This document shows, one piece after another, positions 9,630 through 19,373 of a stretch of 64,000 nucleotides of DNA; positions within the stretch are counted from its first letter, which is position 1; each line of letters starts with the position of its first letter. This DNA comes from an uncultured archaeon (GTDB lineage Archaea > Iainarchaeota > Iainarchaeia > Iainarchaeales > GCA-2688035). A program made the translations under genes and the position numbers. The DNA is taken from NCBI GenBank assembly GCA_964354805.1, contig CAYHBD010000028.1, forward strand, positions 28,246 to 92,245, given 5' to 3'. The notes under the pieces were generated by a model, which worked only from the letters and a program-made list of their open reading frames with translations, was not told the DNA's origin and made no database searches.

Positions 9630-10133
9630 CTACACCTTTACCCCTGCTTTTCTGAGATCGCCGAGCATCTGGCTGAGTGAAACAAACTGTATGCCTTTGA
9701 TGCCCGCCTTTTTTGCTGCATCAACGTTTCCGGCATCGTCATCAATGAAAATTGTTTTCTCCGGCCTTGCATTAAAAGAGCGCAAAAGTAAATTAAAAAT
9801 CTTTGTATCAGGCTTTTTCACCCCAACCCTGCCGCTAACTATCTGCTCATCAAAAAGCTTTGGCAAGCCCAATTTTTTCTCCACAACAGTGTGAAAATCA
9901 CTGTTTTGGTTGCTGAGCAAAACAACCTTATAGTTCCGCTTCAACTGCTTAATTGTTTCCCTCATACCCTCTCTTTCCTCTATCGGGCCAACCAGGTAAT
10001 CGCCCTTTGTAAGAACGCCGCCCAAATCAAAAGCAATAATGCCCTTTTTGCTTGCAAAAAGCAGCCTTTTCAATAAATAAACCAATGCAGCAATTGCAAT
10101 AATTGAAATCAACGCATCCTCCATTTGCATCAC
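9630..10133 (-). CDS. HAD-family phosphatase with N-terminal membrane anchor
   Basis: FDLGGVL motif I, LSN motif II, KKPD, FIDD...N. Confidence 0.85.
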   Translation of the reverse strand: MMQMEDALISIIAIAALVYLLKRLLFASKKGIIAFDLGGVLTKGDYLVGPIEEREGMRETIKQLKRNYKVVLLSNQNSDFHTVVEKKLGLPKLFDEQIVSGRVGVKKPDTKIFNLLLRSFNARPEKTIFIDDDAGNVDAAKKAGIKGIQFVSLSQMLGDLRKAGVKV

Positions 10134-10460
10134 CTACTTGTCAATCCTGACCATTATCTTGCTCTCCCAGTCGTCAATGATTCCCTTCTGGTAGCCGTAA
10201 TCGAAAAACGCTTTCAATGCAAAAGCCCCGAGAACAAAAGCAAGGAATATAAAGAAGCTCGCAAACTTGATGCCTGTAATGAATGAAACAGCTGATGCAG
10301 TAGCCAAGGCTGTACCAGACAAGAACATTCTCGCTTTCTGCGCCTGCTTTGAAAGATAAAGCTGGCCCCACTGGCGCCTGTTTTTTGCCTCAAGCTGCTT
10401 TGGATCCAGGCGTATCTGGATCTGGTCGCCGTAAAGTAACTTATTCGGCATAGAATTCAC
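10134..10460 (-). CDS. Hypothetical 2-TM membrane protein
   Basis: Two hydrophobic segments; abuts the HAD gene. Confidence 0.7.
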   Translation of the reverse strand: MNSMPNKLLYGDQIQIRLDPKQLEAKNRRQWGQLYLSKQAQKARMFLSGTALATASAVSFITGIKFASFFIFLAFVLGAFALKAFFDYGYQKGIIDDWESKIMVRIDK

Positions 10461-10541
10461 TTTGCTCCGTTAATAGAATAGTGTTTGCTAGATATTTTAA
10501 TAGGTTTACCCGTTGTGCAACGGTAGCAATTATCCCTGTTT

Positions 10542-10614
10542 TGGCGTTTATTTCGCGCTTATTACGTTTTCCGAAACCAGAACTGGCCTTTATTCCGCTC
10601 TCATTATGTTTTCC
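10542..10614 (-). repeat. Gene-end echo of the HTH-10 regulator
   Basis: 10584-10614 vs 10542-10572, 26/31 identical, period 42. Confidence 0.85.
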
Positions 10615-11258
10615 AGGAAGAACGGAATCAGCCTTTTCTCTGCCTTTCTCAGGTGCTCTTGAAAGGTGCTCGGGCTTAGGCCGGCTTTTTTTGCAAGGCT
10701 TTGTATGTCAATCTTTTTTGGAAAAGAGTAATAACCGTTCTTGTAGGCAAGATTTATTGCCTCTTTCTGCTTTTCAGTCAGGTCAGGCATTACGTGCGGC
10801 ACATAAAAGTCCCTTATCTTCCCCTCTGCAATCTTCTGCATATCTACACGCCCCCATTTTTGGGCTATTTTAAGGAAATTGGTCAGAACGCTTTTCTGCA
10901 AGGCAGCGACTTCCAGATACTCAAAGCCGTCTGGCTTTACAACAGTAGGCTTTACGAAAATAAGCTCTGGGCTCAAGTACATCTGCAGGTGGGTTGCGCT
11001 CTTTTTTGCTTTAAGCGTGTAAATAACAAGGTTGCCTTCGCACTCCAGGTTTTCATATCTTGGGTTTTTTGCAATTTCATTCAAGTAAGCCTTTACATTA
11101 TTTTGCTCCCCTAAAACAATGTGGGCGCTTGTAAGGTGAATCCTGCTTCCCTTGCTGAACCTGTTAAGCGGAAAACAAAGCACAGTGAGCTTGTACTTCT
11201 GCGCAAGCGGGATAACAGCGCTGCCCTCGTGCCAGAAACGCATTTTCAATGTCCACAT
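10590..11258 (-). CDS. Bacterio-opsin activator-like HTH-10 transcription regulator
   Basis: LTEKQKEAINLAYKNGYYSFPKK...STFQEHLRKAEKR. Confidence 0.92.
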   Translation of the reverse strand: MWTLKMRFWHEGSAVIPLAQKYKLTVLCFPLNRFSKGSRIHLTSAHIVLGEQNNVKAYLNEIAKNPRYENLECEGNLVIYTLKAKKSATHLQMYLSPELIFVKPTVVKPDGFEYLEVAALQKSVLTNFLKIAQKWGRVDMQKIAEGKIRDFYVPHVMPDLTEKQKEAINLAYKNGYYSFPKKIDIQSLAKKAGLSPSTFQEHLRKAEKRLIPFFLENIMRAE

Positions 11259-11314
11259 GGCAAAAACACTATATGCATTAATGCTTTTCCATTAATAAAT
11301 TTAGTTGATTGAAA

Positions 11315-11629
11315 ATGGGAACAGTTACCGGCTTCATAACATGCGCTAATGCAAAGGAAGCGCAAAAAATCGCCCAAGCCCTGTTGCGCAAGCGTCTGGT
11401 TGCCTGCGCAAACATTGTGCCAAAAATTGAATCGCATTACTGGTGGAAAGGAAAGATTGCGAAAAGCAGCGAGGCGCTTTTGATTATTAAATCAAGAAAA
11501 AATTTGTTGAAGAAAATAATTAAAGAAATTAAAGCACTGCACAGCTATGAGCTGCCTGTGGTTGAATTCTTTGATTCAACGCTGAACAAGGAAGCTGCTG
11601 CCTGGATTGAGAAAGAAACCAGGGCTTGA
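11315..11629 (+). CDS. cutA: Divalent cation tolerance protein CutA
   Basis: LVACANI...S.YWWKG, HSYELP. Confidence 0.93.
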   Translation: MGTVTGFITCANAKEAQKIAQALLRKRLVACANIVPKIESHYWWKGKIAKSSEALLIIKSRKNLLKKIIKEIKALHSYELPVVEFFDSTLNKEAAAWIEKETRA

Positions 11630-11640
11630 TTTCATTTTTT

Positions 11641-12666
11641 TCAGGATTGCAAAATAATTCTGTTGAGCATCTGCGCTTTTGCCGGATCCCTAAAACCAAT
11701 TTGTTTCCTGAATTTTTCAAGGTCTGCCCTTGGAATGAATAATCCGTAACTTTTGCTTTTTTGAAACAGCTTGCCTTTCTTGAATTCTGCCCATGCCTCT
11801 TTTTTTGAAAGAATCGGCCCGGACCTTGGATTGTTTTTTATTCTGAATTCTGAAAGAAGCTTTGAAAGATAGTCTCTCAGGTTTCTGTTTCTTGTTTGGA
11901 AAATGATTCCAGTCTCTTGCTTTTTTCTGCTTGACCTGTTTCTTTGGAGTGGAAAAGCGTTTGCATCAATTAGCGCCATTGCAAACTGCCTTCTTGCCCC
12001 CTTATTTTTAAGGAATTCAAAAGGAATCTGTTCGCCAAAAAAGGTTGCCTTGTTGAGAAAACCGGCCACCTCAACAGAGCTCGCCCTCACAATACCGGCA
12101 AGCGAGACAGCAACACCGTTTCTTCTCAATACCCTTGTTTTTGATTTGAGCCTGTAGCCGAATATTTCGCTTTGGGCTTTTCTCAGCTCATGTTCAATAG
12201 TGCCCTTTTTTGAAGAAGAAACTATCGATGCTCCACCCCTCTTATCAACCTGCACTGAAAGATGCCCTGACATTCTTGCGCCAAGAACATACCCAATTCT
12301 TGGGTTACGGAACGCAGCTCCCTTCAAATGGTTAAAGCGCTTTTGAACGCTGAATTGAATAAATGCAGGGGAAATAAGTCTTGGAAGAGCTCTGCCTCTA
12401 TGCCATTTTTCCAAAGCTTCAGCTGAAACGCCTGCGCTTGCAGCAACCTTCTTTATTTGCTCCCCTGAATCAATTCTGCCAAACAATCCATTAAGCCGCT
12501 GGAACTTTCCCTGCATACTTTCAAGCCTTTCCCTCTGCATTCCTGTTGGAACTGCTGTCCACCCATGGGCTTGAAGATAAAACTCCCTAACCTGCGAAAA
12601 GCTGAGCGGCGCTCTGCTTCCAGAGAAGCGAAGTTGTATGTCTCTGGCAAGAGGTTTTCTGCGCAT
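11641..12666 (-). CDS. Degenerate LAGLIDADG-fold protein with N-terminal HTH-like segment, very basic
   Basis: IGYVLGARMSG and QFAMALIDANA occupy the two LAGLIDADG helix positions; C-terminal KFRKQIGFRDPAK typical of intein-type endonucleases. Confidence 0.7.
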   Translation of the reverse strand: MRRKPLARDIQLRFSGSRAPLSFSQVREFYLQAHGWTAVPTGMQRERLESMQGKFQRLNGLFGRIDSGEQIKKVAASAGVSAEALEKWHRGRALPRLISPAFIQFSVQKRFNHLKGAAFRNPRIGYVLGARMSGHLSVQVDKRGGASIVSSSKKGTIEHELRKAQSEIFGYRLKSKTRVLRRNGVAVSLAGIVRASSVEVAGFLNKATFFGEQIPFEFLKNKGARRQFAMALIDANAFPLQRNRSSRKKQETGIIFQTRNRNLRDYLSKLLSEFRIKNNPRSGPILSKKEAWAEFKKGKLFQKSKSYGLFIPRADLEKFRKQIGFRDPAKAQMLNRIILQS

Positions 12667-12708
12667 AATGAAAATTAAAGGAGAACCTATTAAAATTACG
12701 AGCGATTC

Positions 12709-14670
12709 CTATTTTTCCTTGTATCCTACAACTTTTTTGAGGTAATCGATTGCTTCCGGGTTCTGCAGCGTGGTTGCATCCCCAAGTTTTTCGCCTGCAA
12801 GCATGCCCCTCAAAAAGCGCCTCATTATTTTGCCACTCCTTGTTTTAGGCAGGGCATCAACAAAGAAGATTTTGGCCGGCTTTGCTGTTGGCCCAATGTA
12901 CTTTGCAATGTGCTGGATTATTGACTGCTCTGTTTCTGGCGAAGCCTTTGCTGCCGGCTTCAGGATAGCGAAAACAACGGGCACCTGGCCCTTGATTTCA
13001 TCTGGCATTGGAACAACAGCTGATTCAACAACATCACCATGCGATGTTATTGCATCTTCAACCTCAGCGCTGCTCAGTCTGTGCCCGGCAACCTTCATCA
13101 CATCATCAACCCTGCCGGTAACCCTGATATTATCTTTATCAAACCATTTTGCCCCATCGCTGGTGAAATAATTTTTGTTCCCGTATTCGCTCCAATAGGT
13201 TTCAATGTATTTCTCTTCATTTTTCCAGACTCCTCGCAGCAAGCCGGGTGAAAAAGGCGATTTGAGGACAAGGAAGCCAGATTCATCCTTTCCAACAGGC
13301 TTTCCCCTGTCATCCAAAATATCCGCATTTGTGCCTGGAAAAACTCTCCCGGCAACAGTTGGAATGAACGGCCCAATGCCAGGCAGGGCATTTATCAGAG
13401 TTCCGCCTGTTTCAGTCTGCCACCAGGTGTCAATTACCGGGCACCTGCCCTGGCCGACAACATTGAAGTACCACATCCATGCCTCTTCGTCAATCGGCTC
13501 GCCGACTGTTGCAATCAACCTCAGCGAGCTCAAATCCTTTTTCTTAACAAATTCATCGCCCATTTTTTTGAACATCCTGATTGCTGTTGGCGCAGTGTAG
13601 AAAACAGTTACCTTGTGCTCCTGCACTATGTCCCAGATTCTGCTCCAATCTGGAAAATCAGGCGAGCCCTCGTAAATCAGCATTGTTGTTCCAACGGCAA
13701 GAGGGCCATAGCAGGCATAAGTGTGCCCTGTTATCCAGCCAATGTCAGCAGTGCACCAGAAAATGTCGTTGTCATGCAAATCAAAGTCCCACAAGGTTGT
13801 CCAATATGCTTGCACTAAATAACCTCCAGTGCTATGCACTACTCCCTTTGGTTTTCCTGTTGTTCCGCTTGTGTAAAGCAAGAACATTGTTTCGTTTGCC
13901 TCTATTTCCTCTGGCTTGCATTCAGCATCCGCACCAGCAACCAATTCGTGGTACCATAAATCCCTGCCTTCTTGCATTGCAACCTTTCCATCCAGCCTTT
14001 TCACTACAATTACTTTTTCAACGCACGGCACTGCAGCTGCAATGTCAGCCTGCTCTTTCAGGTTAACCTGCTTTCCTCTCCTCCAATAGCCATCACAGGT
14101 AATCAGCACTTTTGCCTCGCTGTCTTCCACCCTTGTTTTAAGGCTCTCTCCGCTGAAAGCGCTGAAGACAACGCTGTGCACTGCCCCAATCCGCGCGCAG
14201 GCAAGCATTGCAATCTGCACTTCAGGAATCATCGGCAGATAAATAGTGACCCTGTCGCCCTTTTGCACGCCAAGAGAGCGCAAAACATTTGCAAATTTTT
14301 TCACGGCAGCTGCAAGCTGACCATATGTTATGAGCCTGCTTTCCTCTTCCATTGGCTCTGGTTCCCAGATTATTGCAACCTTGTCTTTTTTTTCAGGCAG
14401 GTGCCTGTCAAGGCAGTTATAGCTCACATTTAGGGTTCCGCCAATGAACCATTTGAAGTAGGGCGGCTTTTCCTCGTAAGCCTTTTTCCATTGCTTGAAC
14501 CAGTGCAGGCCCTCTTTCGCTTTTTGCTCCCAGAATTTAATCGGGTCCTTTGCCGCTTCCTTGTAAACGGCTTCGCCTTTAACGTTTGCAATCTTCTTCA
14601 ACTGCTCTGACGGCCAGAACAGGTTTTTGCGCTTCTTATCCTTTACAACCCAGTTTATTGCTTTCACCAA
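12709..14670 (-). CDS. acs: Acetyl-CoA synthetase (AMP-forming)
   Basis: YTSGTTGKPKG, WWQTETGG, GRVDDV, LPKTRSGKIMRR. Confidence 0.97.
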   Translation of the reverse strand: MVKAINWVVKDKKRKNLFWPSEQLKKIANVKGEAVYKEAAKDPIKFWEQKAKEGLHWFKQWKKAYEEKPPYFKWFIGGTLNVSYNCLDRHLPEKKDKVAIIWEPEPMEEESRLITYGQLAAAVKKFANVLRSLGVQKGDRVTIYLPMIPEVQIAMLACARIGAVHSVVFSAFSGESLKTRVEDSEAKVLITCDGYWRRGKQVNLKEQADIAAAVPCVEKVIVVKRLDGKVAMQEGRDLWYHELVAGADAECKPEEIEANETMFLLYTSGTTGKPKGVVHSTGGYLVQAYWTTLWDFDLHDNDIFWCTADIGWITGHTYACYGPLAVGTTMLIYEGSPDFPDWSRIWDIVQEHKVTVFYTAPTAIRMFKKMGDEFVKKKDLSSLRLIATVGEPIDEEAWMWYFNVVGQGRCPVIDTWWQTETGGTLINALPGIGPFIPTVAGRVFPGTNADILDDRGKPVGKDESGFLVLKSPFSPGLLRGVWKNEEKYIETYWSEYGNKNYFTSDGAKWFDKDNIRVTGRVDDVMKVAGHRLSSAEVEDAITSHGDVVESAVVPMPDEIKGQVPVVFAILKPAAKASPETEQSIIQHIAKYIGPTAKPAKIFFVDALPKTRSGKIMRRFLRGMLAGEKLGDATTLQNPEAIDYLKKVVGYKEK

Positions 14671-14776
14671 AAAGACTCACCTTGTTAAGAAAAAAATTGT
14701 AAAATTTTAAATAAATAATTACAATCGAAATACCTTTTACTGCAATGTCCTAATTAAAAAAAATTAAAATAAACCT

Positions 14777-16771
14777 TTAAATTAGTAACGGCAGCGCCAG
14801 AAGGCTGACAATTGTCATCAGTTTTATTAAAATGTTTAGGCTTGGACCCGCAGTGTCTTTGCAGGGATCTCCGACAGTGTCTCCGACAACAGCCGCCTTG
14901 TGGGCATCGCTTCCCTTGCCACCGAAATTTCCTGCTTCAATGAATTTCTTTGCATTGTCCCAGGCTGCCCCACTGTTCGCCATGAAAACAGCCATAAGGA
15001 AGCCTGTTGCTGTTGCGCCTGCAAGAAATCCGCCCAGTGCCTCAACACCCAAAATAAGGCCTAATGCAATCGGCGCAAGAATTGCAAGCAAGCCAGGGAC
15101 AATCATTTCATGCAGGGAAGCTGCAGTGCTTATTGCAATGCACCTCTCATATTTCGGCTTTGCTTTCCCAGCCATCAGCCCCTTTATTTCCTTGAATTGC
15201 TTTCTCACCTCTTCAACCATTGCCATTGCAGCATGGCCAACGCTGTTCATTGTGAAAGCGCTGAAAACAAAAGGCATCAATGCGCCGAGGAAAAGCCCTG
15301 ACATCACAATAGGGCTGTTTAAATCAATTGCCTTCAGGCCAGTTATCTGAATGAATGAAGCGAACAATGCAAGCGTTGTGAGCGCAGCGCTGCTTATTGC
15401 AAATCCTTTTCCTATTGCAGCAGTGCTGTTCCCGACAGCATCAAGCTGCTCTGTCCTTGCCCTCACCTTGCTGCCCAGGCCAGCCATTTCGGCAATTCCT
15501 GCAGCGTTGTCCGAAACGCTTCCGTAAGTTTCCGCGCTCAGGGTTATTGCAAGGGTGCTGAGCATTGCAACAGCTGCAATTGCAATTCCAAACAAGCCGC
15601 TGAAATGATAGGAAAGGATTATCGCAATGCACACTGTTACAATGTAAATCGCTGTTGAAAGCATTCCGACACTCATGCCTGTTATTATGTTTGTTCCGGC
15701 GCCTGTTTTTGCCGCGGCGGCAATGGTCTGCGTAGGGCTGTGGTATGGTGAAGTGATATACTCTGTAAAGTAGCCGATTATGATTGCGACAACCAGGCCA
15801 ACCAAAATACAGTAAAAAATCCCGTAAAACCCAAAAAATACATCAATGAAAATGAACGAAAGCACAGCTGTTGCAACCGCTGCAAGCAATATCCCCTTGT
15901 CAATCGCAGAAAAAATCTTCTCTTTTTTTGGCATGACAACAAGCGCCCCCAGGATTGAGGCAATTATTCCAATGCCGCTGATAGCAAGCGGAATAATCAC
16001 GCCGGCTTTGCCCATGGCCACCATGCCCAAAACCATTGCGGCAACTATTGCGCCGACATAGCTCTCAAACAAGTCAGCGCCCATTCCTGCAACATCACCG
16101 ACATTGTCGCCAACCAAGTCTGCGATTACAGCAGGATTTCTCGGATCGTCTTCCGGAATGCCTTTCTCTATTTTTCCAACCAGGTCAGCTCCAACATCCG
16201 CCCCCTTGGTGAAAATGCCTCCGCCAACCCTCGCAAACAATGCAATGCTGCTTGCGCCAAAGCCAAAGCCGAAAAGTATTTCCGGGTCGCCAAATGCAAG
16301 ATAAACAATTGTTATGCCAAGCAGGCCCAAGCCAACGACGGCAAAGCCTGTTACCAGGCCGCTTGAGAAAGCAATCTCAAATCCCTTGCCCAAGCTCTTG
16401 ATGCTTGCCTGTGTCACCCTGCTGTTTGCAACTGTTGCTGTCCGCATTCCAATGTTTCCAGCTGCAATTGAAAGAATTGCGCCGAAAACAAAGCAGCCTG
16501 CTGTTATCGGGCCGAGCGCCAGAAAAAGAATTATTGCAACAATAATGATGAAAATCAGAAGTGTTTCATACTGCTTGCGCAAATAAGCCATTGCGCCGTG
16601 GTGAATCAAATCGCTGAGCTCTTTCATTTTCGCGTTGCCCCTCGGCTTTGAAAGAATAAAGCGCCTTTTCCGCAGGGCGAACAGTATTGCAACCAGCGAA
16701 AAAGCCACCACAATCAAAAAGGCTTCCTTTCCGGAAACCAATTCAAGCACTTGCGAAACAAAGTCAGCCAT
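14777..16771 (-). CDS. hppA: Membrane ion-translocating pyrophosphatase, K+-dependent type (likely Na+-PPase)
   Basis: [32 protein letters not shown]; GNSTAA (Ala form) is the K+-dependent signature. Confidence 0.95.
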   Translation of the reverse strand: MADFVSQVLELVSGKEAFLIVVAFSLVAILFALRKRRFILSKPRGNAKMKELSDLIHHGAMAYLRKQYETLLIFIIIVAIILFLALGPITAGCFVFGAILSIAAGNIGMRTATVANSRVTQASIKSLGKGFEIAFSSGLVTGFAVVGLGLLGITIVYLAFGDPEILFGFGFGASSIALFARVGGGIFTKGADVGADLVGKIEKGIPEDDPRNPAVIADLVGDNVGDVAGMGADLFESYVGAIVAAMVLGMVAMGKAGVIIPLAISGIGIIASILGALVVMPKKEKIFSAIDKGILLAAVATAVLSFIFIDVFFGFYGIFYCILVGLVVAIIIGYFTEYITSPYHSPTQTIAAAAKTGAGTNIITGMSVGMLSTAIYIVTVCIAIILSYHFSGLFGIAIAAVAMLSTLAITLSAETYGSVSDNAAGIAEMAGLGSKVRARTEQLDAVGNSTAAIGKGFAISSAALTTLALFASFIQITGLKAIDLNSPIVMSGLFLGALMPFVFSAFTMNSVGHAAMAMVEEVRKQFKEIKGLMAGKAKPKYERCIAISTAASLHEMIVPGLLAILAPIALGLILGVEALGGFLAGATATGFLMAVFMANSGAAWDNAKKFIEAGNFGGKGSDAHKAAVVGDTVGDPCKDTAGPSLNILIKLMTIVSLLALPLLI

Positions 16772-16798
16772 TTGCTAAAATAAGGCAAAAGGTATATT

Positions 16799-18043
16799 TT
16801 AAGCTTTTGCATGGGCTTTTTCCTCGCCCAGAAGCTCGACAACTTTGTCCATTTCGCCTGCAGCAAGCAAATCAAAAACCCTTTTTACATCAAAGGCGTT
16901 GTTGAATTCTGTTTCCTGCAAATTCTTTTCCAGCAGCTCGAAGCCCATTGCAGCAATGCTTTTCTTTCCAAGCTGCGCGTCCCGCAGCTGCTGCAGCTTT
17001 TGCTTGAAGCCTGCTTCCTCAAAAGAGCAATCGATCGCAATGATTGCCTTTTCCTTGAATTTTCCGCTCAGCTGCCTTAAATCAATGTCGGATCCTGCAA
17101 GGCCCTTTGCAAGGGTTCCACGCAGCTTTAATTTTATTAATGGTTTTCCGCTTTTTGAGCCTGCAATCAGGGCGGCAATCTTTTTTTCAACTTCTTCTTT
17201 TATTTGCTCATTGCCTGCTTCCCTGAATTCAATTTGGGCAAAAAGAAACTGCCTTTGATTTGGCAATGGAATGAATTTCAAATTGTTTTCCTTTGTTTCA
17301 AAAAAGCAAACGCCCTTTGGCTTCTCTGCCTCAAGCCTCTTCAATTGGGTTATTACAGTGCTGCCTGGAACAATGAAGCGCTTTTTCTGCAGGTTTTCCT
17401 CGCTCCTCCAGTGCAAATGCCCGTCAACAACCAAATCAAAGCCCTGGGGCAAATCATCCAAAGAAATTGACGCAATCATTTCGTCATCAAAAGGCAGGAA
17501 CTCCTTGATGCTCTGGTGCAGCAAAACAATATTGCAGGCGCCATTCTCGGGCAGGGGATTCCACAGTTTCAAAGCATCAAGCGCTTTCTTTTCAGGCACT
17601 CCGCTCAATCCTTGCACCACAACTTTCTCGCTGCCAATCAGCAACTCCGCTTTCGCCGCATGCAGGTAAACAAGGCAGCCTGCCTCCTGCAGAACCTCCA
17701 AAGCGTTCCTGAAATCTTTTGAACGAAACTCATGCGTTCCCGCTATGGCGATAACTGGAATTGAATCAAAAATAAATTCTTTTGTTTCGCCTTTCTTTTC
17801 ATACTTTACTTTTTCTGGCTGCCTCTTCTCTTTCCGCAGAACACTGAAAAGCCGGAACATCTCAAGCCATGCTTCCTGCGCTGGAACATCAGAATCAAAC
17901 AAATCCCCCGCGAGCAAAAGCAGGTCAGCCTTTTCTTTGAGGGCAAGCTCGAGCGCCTGTTTAGCCTGCTCAAAGGCTTCCAGCTCCCTCTCAGTTCCCT
18001 TGCCAAAGCCAATGTGAAAATCCGAGGCAATTGCGATTCTCAT
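16799..18043 (-). CDS. mre11: Mre11/SbcD-family DNA repair nuclease
   Basis: SDFHIG, AGDLFD, AGTHE, LHQ, GHLH, PGS phosphoesterase motifs. Confidence 0.9.
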   Translation of the reverse strand: MRIAIASDFHIGFGKGTERELEAFEQAKQALELALKEKADLLLLAGDLFDSDVPAQEAWLEMFRLFSVLRKEKRQPEKVKYEKKGETKEFIFDSIPVIAIAGTHEFRSKDFRNALEVLQEAGCLVYLHAAKAELLIGSEKVVVQGLSGVPEKKALDALKLWNPLPENGACNIVLLHQSIKEFLPFDDEMIASISLDDLPQGFDLVVDGHLHWRSEENLQKKRFIVPGSTVITQLKRLEAEKPKGVCFFETKENNLKFIPLPNQRQFLFAQIEFREAGNEQIKEEVEKKIAALIAGSKSGKPLIKLKLRGTLAKGLAGSDIDLRQLSGKFKEKAIIAIDCSFEEAGFKQKLQQLRDAQLGKKSIAAMGFELLEKNLQETEFNNAFDVKRVFDLLAAGEMDKVVELLGEEKAHAKA

Positions 18044-18087
18044 TCAAAACCCCAATATTATTAAACAGTGGAAAGCATAAATAGATT

Positions 18088-18750
18088 ATGGCAAAGATTT
18101 TATTCATTGTGAATGATCATCCAAACGAGGCTTTTGCAATTTCCGTTGCAAGGGAAGCAGCAAAAAGGCTCAGGGCAGATGGCCACGAAATAGTCTGGAA
18201 GATGACAAACCCAAAGGACACTGTGCTTGGCAAGGTTCTGAAAAACCCAAACATGGAAGTTAAAGCCAAAACTTTCATTGACGCACAGCGAGGAACCTAT
18301 GACAGAATGGGAAGATTGATCCAAAAGCACAATCCGAAAGTTACCTCCAATTTTCACGCCACCCCACATGACGACCCTCTTTGGACTGACCCGAGAAAAC
18401 CAGCAGCAGACTTTGAGATCTCGTATTCAAAGTTGCATGGAAGAACAGTGATGTTTATTGAAGTCAAAGCTCGTTACACAAAGCTTCCAAAAAGGCATTT
18501 GGAAAAGGGGAGGATTGCAATCCCAGCACATTCACCTTATCATGGAGCCGGCCATTATTTAAGGGAAGGAACCTCACAGCAGCTTACAAGAGAAATGGGC
18601 TTGACTCCGGAAATTTTGGGAACGGTGATTGCCAAAAGGATAGAAAACCGTGCAAGAAGACCAAAAACATTCCCGCAAAATGAAAGAGGCACAGTCCCAA
18701 GAGTTTTCAAAAGTTTTAGAAGAAATAATATCAGAAGAAGGCCAAGATAG
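18088..18750 (+). CDS. Hypothetical basic orphan protein, possible M14-like zinc hydrolase motifs
   Basis: 220-aa ORF; HPNE, NFH, FIE; C-terminus RRNNIRRRPR. Confidence 0.7.
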   Translation: MAKILFIVNDHPNEAFAISVAREAAKRLRADGHEIVWKMTNPKDTVLGKVLKNPNMEVKAKTFIDAQRGTYDRMGRLIQKHNPKVTSNFHATPHDDPLWTDPRKPAADFEISYSKLHGRTVMFIEVKARYTKLPKRHLEKGRIAIPAHSPYHGAGHYLREGTSQQLTREMGLTPEILGTVIAKRIENRARRPKTFPQNERGTVPRVFKSFRRNNIRRRPR

Positions 18751-18810
18751 GGCTTAATCAACCAAACTAATTTATAGAAAGTTGGTATTTTAATTATTAG
18801 TGAAGAAGCC

Positions 18811-18942
18811 ATGGCGAAATACTTTGGTGGCGGAAGAAGAGGGCATGCCCTTAGAGAGTTGCAGAAGGAGCAAAAGCGGCTTCGAAAGATGATGCGGCAC
18901 CGGCAAAAGGGAAAGCCACCACAGGGAAACCGGCGACAATAA
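18811..18942 (+). CDS. Small 43-aa basic ORF absent from the ORF track
   Basis: Translated by hand: MAKYFGGGRRGHALRELQKEQKRLRKMMRHRQKGKPPQGNRRQ*; AT-rich TATA-like upstream region. Confidence 0.55.
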   Translation: MAKYFGGGRRGHALRELQKEQKRLRKMMRHRQKGKPPQGNRRQ

Positions 18943-18976
18943 GCGAAACAGCCACACAGCCTTTTCCTGAATGCCC

Positions 18977-19297
18977 TTATCCAACCATCCGCAGCGTGCT
19001 CTGCAGTTCCCTCTTTGCCCCTTTCAGGAGGGTTTTGCCTTCTGCAGTGATGCTGTAAACCTGCCTGTTGCCATCCTGCTTGACGCTTACAAAGCCCCTT
19101 GCCTGCAGCTTGTACAATACAACGTAAGCAGAGACATTGCCTGGCAGGAAGCCGAACTTTTTTTCAATTTCACTCCGCAAAGCATAAGCGTGCGAGGGCT
19201 TTTTTTTAAGCAGCGAGAGAACGTAAATCCACAGCAGTTCAACACCGAGCTTGCGCTGCAATCTCAGCAATTCCCTGCTTTTTTCAACAGCCGGCAT
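18977..19297 (-). CDS. PadR-family transcription regulator
   Basis: L.LLKKKPSHAY.L, Y.VLYKL...GFV, RQVYSITAEG. Confidence 0.9.
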   Translation of the reverse strand: MPAVEKSRELLRLQRKLGVELLWIYVLSLLKKKPSHAYALRSEIEKKFGFLPGNVSAYVVLYKLQARGFVSVKQDGNRQVYSITAEGKTLLKGAKRELQSTLRMVG

Positions 19298-19319
19298 TGC
19301 TACATAAGAGAAGCGAAAG

Positions 19320-19373
19320 TTTTATATTCATAAAATACGTTAAATAATAGCAATATTTTATGCTCATAAAATA
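19320..19373. promoter_or_regulatory. Two related palindromic boxes between divergent PadR and ino1
   Basis: TATTTTATG-CT-CATAAAATA at 19354-19373; near-copy TTTTATA-TT-CATAAAATA at 19320-19337. Confidence 0.55.
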
